From IMG/VR virus record IMGVR_UViG_2660238271_000001: a DNA stretch of 64,000 bases; one strand, 5' to 3'. Origin of the DNA: an uncultured virus (IMG/VR IMGVR_UViG_2660238271_000001) (Duplodnaviria > Heunggongvirae > Uroviricota > Caudoviricetes). The position numbers and the translations under genes were made by a program. The notes under the pieces are model-generated. The model searched no databases. It saw only the letters and a program-made list of their open reading frames with translations, and had not been told where the DNA came from. Below, in pieces: positions 57,040-64,000 of the stretch (position 1 is its first letter; each line of letters begins with the position of its first letter).

Positions 57040-57729
57040 TTGAAACGCCTGTTCTGACTCGTATTATTTTCATCGGTCCGAAGGGGGTGATGGATAACCT
57101 TCTTCTGCCCCCGAGGATCAGAGAGCCGGTTTTTTTGTGCATCCTGGAAAATTCACGTGAAGGAACCGGCTCTCAACCAGAGAAGAAGAGGCGTTTTTTT
57201 CGATACAACTATCGTAATTACTCCGTTGGTGGTGCTGGCACGTAAAGTGTGGATAGTGCGTTTATGATGAGTGCATGATGTATATCCTGATACAGCATCC
57301 GGTTTGTGGGGGCGGAGAAGCCCCGATGGACTCAGTACCACAATTTTTTATTGCATTCAGATAGCGTACTGTGAATCGGATAAATGAGAATGTCAGTGTG
57401 TTGGTAATGCGGGGTTCTCAGTGCGCTATCTGAATGCAGTGAAATCTGCTCTGAGCAGAGCTAAACAGCATTGTCTGCGTTTGATCAATTTGTAGCGGGT
57501 CATAGTGGCTGACTAAAGACTCTCCGGGGCATCCCGGCACTGCATTTATTACTAAAAATCTTCATATCACAGAGGCAGAACATACGGAAAATTCTTGTCA
57601 ATACAACACCTGACACAGCAATATTTTTCGGGAGTCCCCGGTGCCTCAGGTTTTTTATCGCCATCAATAAAACTATAATAATAACTCCATGTTATGATTA
57701 CCACCTCTCTCATGAGGTGGTTTTTTTTT
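57040..57729 (+). ncRNA. Putative long structured ncRNA unit 1 (promoter to terminator)
   Basis: TTGAAA-16-TATTAT; series of stems; terminator ACCACCTC..GAGGTGG-T9; no credible ORF. Confidence 0.6.
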
Positions 57730-57867
57730 ATTCCCGCAAATTGCAGGAATAAGATGGAGTCATCAGAATATGCCCTGATTGTATTTTGTCTTTTTTGAAT
57801 TAATGCAAAACATTTGGAATAAATAAACATCTAATGATAAATTTACATTTCTTGACGCGACTGCTTG

Positions 57868-58520
57868 TTGAAATGAAATTTTTATGATTTATTATTGTCG
57901 ACAGTTTGGCGGAGGTGACTGGCAGATTTCTCCACTCCGTCGAATAAGAGAGTTGATTCTTTATACCTCCTGAGTCGTCTGATTAAAGAATCATCACTCG
58001 ATTTGGCATTAAGGTGAAATTAAGATTCCATTGATATAGGTATCGTTCTTACTCTTTGTGGTGCAGGCATATGGATATGGGGTGGTTACATTAATGTTCC
58101 TTTAATTTATCCTCCTGATTCGGAGTGAATCAGGCACCGCAATTTTTTTACTGCATTCAGATGGCGTATTGCAAAAAACGGTCATTACTTGTGCCACTGT
58201 CTGATGCTCTTGTAACACATACGGGATTTGTGGTACGCCATCTGAATGCAGTGAAACCCACATAAAGTGGGGCATAAACAGGATGTGAGGTGCGTTTATT
58301 TTCGTCTGCGGGTCATGGTGACTGACCAACGGCCCTCCGGAGATAATTCCGGCACTGCATTATTTATTGAGGTGTTCCCCAGTGCGGGGGTGACCGGGAA
58401 AAATGTTCTGCCGATGGTCACAGACACATACCGGGCTAATATGTGTTTTCGGGAGGCACCCGACACCTCTACTGTTTTTCCAGTCGATAACTATAAAACA
58501 TGCTTCAGATATTGAGCACC
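57868..58520 (+). ncRNA. Putative long structured ncRNA unit 2 (diverged tandem copy; 3' end in gap)
   Basis: Same promoter geometry and stem order as unit 1, with compensatory changes. Confidence 0.6.
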
Positions 58521-59003
58521 NNNNNNNNNNNNNNNNNNNNNNNNNNNNNNNNNNNNNNNNNNNNNNNNNNNNNNNNNNNNNNNNNNNNNNNNNNNNNNNN
58601 NNNNNNNNNNNNNNNNNNNNNNNNNNNNNNNNNNNNNNNNNNNNNNNNNNNNNNNNNNNNNNNNNNNNNNNNNNNNNNNNNNNNNNNNNNNNNNNNNNNN
58701 NNNNNNNNNNNNNNNNNNNNNNNNNNNNNNNNNNNNNNNNNNNNNNNNNNNNNNNNNNNAAAAATTTCAGGCATCCCTTTCGGGAGGTCGTCATTATTTT
58801 ACTGATAACAAAATAAGACCGGAACCCCGGAAACAACCTTATTTTCCGGTAAGGCTTATTTTATTCCCCGCGCCACGCCCGGCGCACATTCATAACTAAC
58901 CACGGAGCCTTTCAGGGGTGAGCTTACGGGATGGTCAGTGTGACTTTCTCTGTGGGCTGGTCACCCCCGGGCGCAGGCTCACCCACTAAAAGGAAAAGTC
59001 ACG

Positions 59004-59429
59004 ATGCTTGGTATTTTCAGAAAGAAAACCCGCAAGGCAATTGTTGAAGTGAAGAAGATGGAGAACCGGGATGCGGTGGAGGCGACCGTCTGGGGCGCAT
59101 ATTCCATTGCATACGCAGACGGCACCTGTGACGCGAAAGAAATTGCAGTGCTGGAGAAAACCATCGCGGCACTTCCTGCCTTTGCGTCGTTCTCCGGTGA
59201 GATTGCCCAGATGAGTGCAAACATTCGCGCCCGCTATGAGGCGTCACCGCGTAGCGCGAATGCTCAGGCACTGCGTGAGCTGGCTGATGTGGCAGGAACA
59301 GCAGAAGCGGTTGATGTGCTGTGCCTGTGTCTGGATATCGCAGACCAGGACGGCATCGGCCCGGATGAAGAGGCACAGCTCAAGAAAATTGCGCAGGCGC
59401 TGCAGTTACCGCTGGAGCAGTACCTGTGA
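59004..59429 (+). CDS. TerB-family protein
   Basis: IAYADGTCDAKE...DIADQDGIGPDEEAQLKKIAQAL. Confidence 0.8.
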   Translation: MLGIFRKKTRKAIVEVKKMENRDAVEATVWGAYSIAYADGTCDAKEIAVLEKTIAALPAFASFSGEIAQMSANIRARYEASPRSANAQALRELADVAGTAEAVDVLCLCLDIADQDGIGPDEEAQLKKIAQALQLPLEQYL

Positions 59430-59578
59430 AAAGTGCGCGCCCTGTGCTGGCTGCCGTCCTGCTGTTTCTGGTAGTGGCAGTGGATTTTACCGGGCGCCTG
59501 ATGTCGTTTCTGGCGGATGGCGTGCTGGTGGCTGGCGTGGTGGCGCTGGTGTGGCCGCTGCTGCGGGCGCAGAAATAA
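59426..59578 (+). CDS. Small two-TM protein (DUF3927-like)
   Basis: GTGA coupling to terB; VAVDFTGRLMSFLADG. Confidence 0.65.
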   Translation: MKSARPVLAAVLLFLVVAVDFTGRLMSFLADGVLVAGVVALVWPLLRAQK

Positions 59579-59667
59579 CATCACACAAAAGGCATCTGCG
59601 GGTGCCTTTGACGGGGTGTTGTTTTCACGGGCCGGTGATGGCCCTTTTTTATTGACGGGAGAAACAC

Positions 59668-60060
59668 ATGTCTGCTGAACCCTTATCCGGGACGGGCACG
59701 GCGGTGGCGCTCGGCGGGGCGACAGTATTCGGGCTGCTGACCAACACGGATTTCGGGATTGTTTTTGGCGCATTTGCAGGAGCGCTGTTTATTGTCACGG
59801 TGCCGAAAGAGCTGTCCCCCTGGCGGATGGCGGCGCATTTTCTGGTGTCATTTATCGTCGGCGTGCTGGGGGCGGGTGTACTGGCCTCGTTCCTGTCCCG
59901 CCTTGCTGACTACAACGGTAAACCGCTGGATGCGCTGTGTGCAGTGGTGATGTCGGTGCTGTCAGTGAAATTTCTGACCTTCATTCATGACCAGGACATT
60001 TCATCGCTGACCGGGGTTTTTTCACGGATGCGGGGAGGAGGGAGTGGTCATGGAAAGTAA
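59668..60060 (+). CDS. Putative holin
   Basis: Multi-TM; GIVFGAFAGALF. Confidence 0.78.
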   Translation: MSAEPLSGTGTAVALGGATVFGLLTNTDFGIVFGAFAGALFIVTVPKELSPWRMAAHFLVSFIVGVLGAGVLASFLSRLADYNGKPLDALCAVVMSVLSVKFLTFIHDQDISSLTGVFSRMRGGGSGHGK

Positions 60061-60331
60061 TCTGACCGGCACACTGAATGCGGGCCTGTGCCTGGTGACA
60101 GTGCTGGCCCTTTTTCTCTACCGCCGGAACGGCGCCAGATACAAACCGGGGATAGCCTGGCTGTCATACCTGCTGATGCTGGGTTATGCGCTGGTTCCGT
60201 TCCGTTTTCTGGCCGGACATTACCCGTCTTCATCCTGGCCTGTGGTGCTGATGAACGCGCTGTTCTGCGGGCTGGTGCTGTGGGCGCGGGGTAATGTGTC
60301 GAAAATACTTTCACTGCTGAGGCTGCGATGA
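60050..60331 (+). CDS. Holin-family protein
   Basis: 3 TM; YRRNGARYKP...ARGNVSKI. Confidence 0.78.
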   Translation: MESNLTGTLNAGLCLVTVLALFLYRRNGARYKPGIAWLSYLLMLGYALVPFRFLAGHYPSSSWPVVLMNALFCGLVLWARGNVSKILSLLRLR

Positions 60332-60906
60332 AACCGAAGAACGAAATTTTTGATGAAATTCTGGGTAAGGAAGGCGGCTACGTCAACCATCCGGACGATA
60401 AAGGCGGGCCGACAAAATGGGGTATTACGGAAAAAGTTGCCCGCGCCCACGGATACCGCGGTGATATGCGCAATTTAACCCGCGGACAGGCGCTGGAAAT
60501 TCTGGAGACCGACTACTGGTACGGTCCCCGCTTTGACCAGGTGGCGAAGGCCTCGCCGGATGTTGCCGCCGAACTGTGTGACACGGGCGTGAACATGGGG
60601 CCGTCGGTGGCGGCGAAAATGTTGCAGCGCTGGCTGAACGTGTTCAACCAGGGCGGGAAGCTGTATCCGGACATGGATACGGACGGGCGCATCGGGCCGA
60701 GAACCCTTAACGCGTTACGTGTTTATCTGGAAAAGCGCGGTAAGGATGGCGAGCGTGTACTGCTGGTGGCACTGAACTGCACGCAGGGAGAGCGCTATCT
60801 GGAGCTGGCGGAAAAGCGGGAGGCTAACGAGTCGTTTGTCTACGGCTGGATGAAAGAGCGCGTTTCTGTGCCTGTTTACAGTGAAGTCGGTAAATCTACT
60901 TTGTAG
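60328..60906 (+). CDS. GH108 endolysin with peptidoglycan-binding domain
   Basis: EGGYVNHPDDKGGPTKWGIT; DGRIGPRT. Confidence 0.92.
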   Translation: MKPKNEIFDEILGKEGGYVNHPDDKGGPTKWGITEKVARAHGYRGDMRNLTRGQALEILETDYWYGPRFDQVAKASPDVAAELCDTGVNMGPSVAAKMLQRWLNVFNQGGKLYPDMDTDGRIGPRTLNALRVYLEKRGKDGERVLLVALNCTQGERYLELAEKREANESFVYGWMKERVSVPVYSEVGKSTL

Positions 60907-61061
60907 CGAGTGCGGTATTAAACTCAACTGAAAAGCAAAACCCCGACTGCGGGAACAGGCCGGGGTTTTCAGTTTTCACGTCAAAGAGGAAATTGTGATC
61001 AGTGAGTACGGAAAAAATCCTCGTGGGAAAGTATAAAAGATTCTTTTTGAGGTTGTCCATT

Positions 61062-61175
61062 ATGAAAGGCATAGAAGTGGAAACTCCCGCGAGCCTTGAT
61101 CTGACGAGGGCGGCAGCCTTTGCAATTCGCCTTGTGGCGGTCGCTGTTCTGATTTGGGCTGTACGTTGGTGGTGA
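61062..61175 (+). CDS. 37-aa membrane peptide
   Basis: GAGG RBS; C-terminal TM ending RWW. Confidence 0.55.
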   Translation: MKGIEVETPASLDLTRAAAFAIRLVAVAVLIWAVRWW

Positions 61176-61176
61176 T

Positions 61177-61359
61177 ATGACGCGGAAACACTGGACACAC
61201 AGAATGCCGCGAATGGCGGCGAAATGGGCACTGGTAGCGATACTGGTGCCTTTTTTACTGGTGGGGTGCGCCAGCCTGGATAAGGCGCGCCAGATATTCG
61301 AAGCTGCCGGGCAGGTCTGCCGGATTATTGATGGTGTCCGGCAATGTGTGCAGAACTGA
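61177..61359 (+). CDS. Small lipoprotein
   Basis: Lipobox LLVGC. Confidence 0.65.
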   Translation: MTRKHWTHRMPRMAAKWALVAILVPFLLVGCASLDKARQIFEAAGQVCRIIDGVRQCVQN

Positions 61360-61573
61360 TCATGCATGTCAGCAGAATATTTTGCTGAGAAATGACAATG
61401 GCGCCGCTGTCCGGAAAGCATGAAATTCTGCTGCGTGCGATGTTTTTGAATAATAAATGCTGATTTCGATGTTCACGATTCAAATATCGATCACCGGTAT
61501 TACAGCAGCCCTTCAGTGAAGGGCTGCGATAATGCTGGTGGTCTGAATATCTCCATTGAAAACAGGAGGCGAA

Positions 61574-61921
61574 ATGTCTGAGCGAAACTATGAAGCAATT
61601 GGGCGCTGCGTTGTTCTGAGAAAGCGTATTGAAGAAAATCTTTGCGCCCTGCAGGAAATAAAATCGGAAATTATTTCTGCTGAATCTCCGTTTTTATTAG
61701 GTGAGCGGTTGCATGGTGGTTATTCACTGGTGTTGAGCATAGAAACGAATGCAAATCGCTGTCGTGAGTTACTTGATAGCACAATAAAGCTTGTCGATGA
61801 ACATAATCAGTATGCCGTGGCAGCGGGACTGGGTGCGATCTGTATCTTCCCCGAGGGAGAAGCGTTTAATAGCAAGAGAACGAAATTCCATGCCATCACG
61901 AATTCCCCGCGCCTGTCGTAA
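61574..61921 (+). CDS. Hypothetical protein
   Basis: GGAGG RBS; NYEAIGRC. Confidence 0.6.
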   Translation: MSERNYEAIGRCVVLRKRIEENLCALQEIKSEIISAESPFLLGERLHGGYSLVLSIETNANRCRELLDSTIKLVDEHNQYAVAAGLGAICIFPEGEAFNSKRTKFHAITNSPRLS

Positions 61922-62240
61922 GCGTGGATGTGCAGGCACAACAACAGACAGATCTGGCTACTGCGATAAACATCGTGGTGAAGGCTGGGCACAGCATCAG
62001 CGCGGACTGAGTCGCCACCAGCGTGGCTATGGCTCAAAATGGACAGTGATCCGTGCCCGTATTCTGAAGCGCGATAAAGGCCTGTGCCAGTTGTGCCTGC
62101 GTGCTGGTGTGGTAAGCGAGGCAAGAACCGTCGACCACATCATCCCGAAAGCGCATGGCGGTACGGATGCAGACAGTAATCTGCAGAGTCTGTGCTGGCC
62201 CTGCCACAAGGCGAAAACAGCGCGTGAACGCATCAACTGA
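61890..62240 (+). CDS. HNH endonuclease (terminase cofactor type)
   Basis: CQLC..VDHIIPKAHGG..NLQSLCWPCHKAKT. Confidence 0.9.
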   Translation: MPSRIPRACRKRGCAGTTTDRSGYCDKHRGEGWAQHQRGLSRHQRGYGSKWTVIRARILKRDKGLCQLCLRAGVVSEARTVDHIIPKAHGGTDADSNLQSLCWPCHKAKTARERIN

Positions 62241-62387
62241 TAATTGTTCTCACCTGTAAGGGAGGGGCGGGTCAAATCCCTGCAACCTGTGCCGTTCGGG
62301 ACCGCCCGCCTACCCTTCCTCGCATCGCCGCAGGTTTGAAAACTTTTTTTGGGAATGTGATTAAATGATTGATAGGTAAAATCGATT

Positions 62388-62885
62388 ATGTCAGGACCTC
62401 AGAAAACCCCGCCACGCCTGCATTTGATTCGGGGTAACCCCTCAAAACGCCCCGTTAAAGCCCCCAAAAAAACCGCTAAAAAGGATGAAAAAGGTCTCCC
62501 TAAAATTCCGCAACATTTAGGGGCGCAGGGGAAGTACTGGTTCAGGCGAATGGCGGAAGAACTGGATGCGGAAGGGATCATTTCTCAGCTCGATGCCCGG
62601 GCGCTTGAGTTACTGGTGGAAGCCTACACCGAATACCGGCATCACTGCGAAATACTCGATGTTGAGGGATATACCTACCGCACTGAGACGCAGAACGGCG
62701 ATGTGATGATCAAGGCACACCCGGCTGCGGCAATGAAAGCGGATGCCTGGAAGCGAATCCGGGCGATGCTTGCAGAATTTGGTATGTCGCCAGCGAGCCG
62801 GGCCAAAGTGAATACCTCTGGGCCGGATGATATTGATCCGCTGGCGGNNNNNNNNNNGGCGGAGATTTTAAAAGCGAGAGACTGA
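62388..62885 (+). CDS. Terminase small subunit, P27 family
   Basis: LIRGNPSKRP; HPA...EFGMSPASR. Confidence 0.9.
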   Translation: MSGPQKTPPRLHLIRGNPSKRPVKAPKKTAKKDEKGLPKIPQHLGAQGKYWFRRMAEELDAEGIISQLDARALELLVEAYTEYRHHCEILDVEGYTYRTETQNGDVMIKAHPAAAMKADAWKRIRAMLAEFGMSPASRAKVNTSGPDDIDPLAXXXXAEILKARD

Positions 62886-64000
62886 TGGCAAAAGTGGCTG
62901 ACGGGATACGCTACGCCGAACGTGTTGTTGCAGGAGAGATTGTTGCCGGCGAATTTGTCCATCTGGCGTGCCAGCGTTTCCTGGATGATCTGAAGTATGG
63001 CGAAGAGCGGGGGATTTATTTCAGTGAGCCCCGCGCACAGCACATCCTGAATTTCTATAAATTTGTGCCCCATGTGAAAGGGGCGCTGGCAGGCCAGCCA
63101 ATTGAACTCATGGACTGGCATGTATTTATCCTCATCAATATTTTTGGTTTTGTTATTCCGCTGGTTAATGAAGAGACCGGGGAAGTGGTCATGCGCAGCG
63201 ATGGCAGCGGACGCCCGGTGATGGTGCGTCGGTTCCGGACGGCATACAACGAAGTCGCCCGTAAAAATGCAAAATCAACGCTGTCATCGGGTATCGGTCT
63301 GTATATGACCGGGGCGGATGGTGAAGGCGGGGCTGAGGTGTATTCAGCCGCAACCACACGCGACCAGGCCAGAATCGTGTTTGAAGACGCCAAAAATATG
63401 GTCAGAAAAGCCCGGTCAACACTCGGGCGGTTGTTTGATTTCAACAAGCTGGCAATTTACCAGGAGCAGAGCGCATCGAAATTTGAGCCGCTTTCCTCGG
63501 ATGCAAATAACCTGGACGGTCTGAACATCCACTGCGCCATTATCGATGAGCTGCATGCACATAAAACCCGTGATGTGTGGGACGTTCTGGAAACGGCGAC
63601 CGGCGCCCGTCTGCAGTCCCTGTTATTCGGTATTACCACGGCAGGCTTTAACAAGGAGGGGATTTGTTACGAGCAGCGTGATTACGCCATCAAGGTGCTG
63701 CGAGGCTATAACAGCGATGTGGAAGGCGCGGTAAAAGACGACTCCTACTTTGCGATCATTTACACGCTCGATGAAGGGGATGACCCGTTTGATGAAACGG
63801 TCTGGCAGAAAGCGAATCCCGGCCTGGGCATCTGTAAACGCTGGGATGATCTGCGTCGTCTGGCGAAAAAAGCGAAGGAGCAGGTTTCTGCGCGGGTGAA
63901 TTTTTTTACCAAGCACATGAATGTGTGGGTCACTGCCGAATCTGCCTGGATGGATATGATTAAGTGGGAGAAGTGCGAATACATCGCTCCACAGCATGAG
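62885..64000 (+). CDS. Terminase large subunit (partial, runs off window)
   Basis: Read manually: MAKVADGIRYAE...VARKNAKST...IIDELHAH...ITTAG. Confidence 0.93.
   Translation, partial: MAKVADGIRYAERVVAGEIVAGEFVHLACQRFLDDLKYGEERGIYFSEPRAQHILNFYKFVPHVKGALAGQPIELMDWHVFILINIFGFVIPLVNEETGEVVMRSDGSGRPVMVRRFRTAYNEVARKNAKSTLSSGIGLYMTGADGEGGAEVYSAATTRDQARIVFEDAKNMVRKARSTLGRLFDFNKLAIYQEQSASKFEPLSSDANNLDGLNIHCAIIDELHAHKTRDVWDVLETATGARLQSLLFGITTAGFNKEGICYEQRDYAIKVLRGYNSDVEGAVKDDSYFAIIYTLDEGDDPFDETVWQKANPGLGICKRWDDLRRLAKKAKEQVSARVNFFTKHMNVWVTAESAWMDMIKWEKCEYIAPQHE

Larger units (their letters stand above)
45154..64000. mobile_element. Lambdoid prophage 2 (partial at both ends)
   Basis: kil-repressor-cro-ydaT-O-P-nin-rusA-Q-lysis-HNH-terminase. 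Confidence 0.92.

Noticed and set aside
56885..58520. CRISPR array, or protein genes from short track ORFs (57153-57341, 57567-57830, 58102-58329, 58267-58515)
   Set aside because: No regularly spaced direct repeats and no cas genes; the ORFs lack convincing RBS/motifs and are not shared between the two units
58360..58836. Long ORFs in the track
   Set aside because: Made mostly of N-gap codons

Overview
Draft-assembly (N-gapped) window from a Salmonella enterica chromosome. It opens with the SPI-2 effector gene sifA, followed by a lambdoid prophage (prophage 1, ~1380-45150) integrated at the 3' end of potB. Prophage 1 has Rac/Qin-like early genes, cargo of a membrane diguanylate cyclase plus an alkyl/aryl-sulfatase, lambda-type cos/head/tail genes, and Gifsy-2-like ail/sodC1/tail modules. 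Several of its genes are damaged (ail, side-tail fibre, tfa). A narP-pagL chromosomal contig sits between gaps inside the tail region and is probably mis-scaffolded. From ~45154 a second lambdoid prophage begins (DicA/DicC/YdaT-type immunity region, replication, hok, RusA, Q, TerB, GH108 lysis, HNH plus P27-type terminase) and runs off the window. The most striking unexplained feature is ~1.6 kb without a credible gene between the late promoter and lysis genes of prophage 2. It consists of two diverged tandem ~800-bp units, each with its own predicted promoter and an ordered series of stems showing compensatory base changes and unrelated loops. I interpret this as a candidate phage-encoded structured ncRNA or sRNA-precursor cassette. 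All family assignments are from recognition of the sequence, not from database searches.
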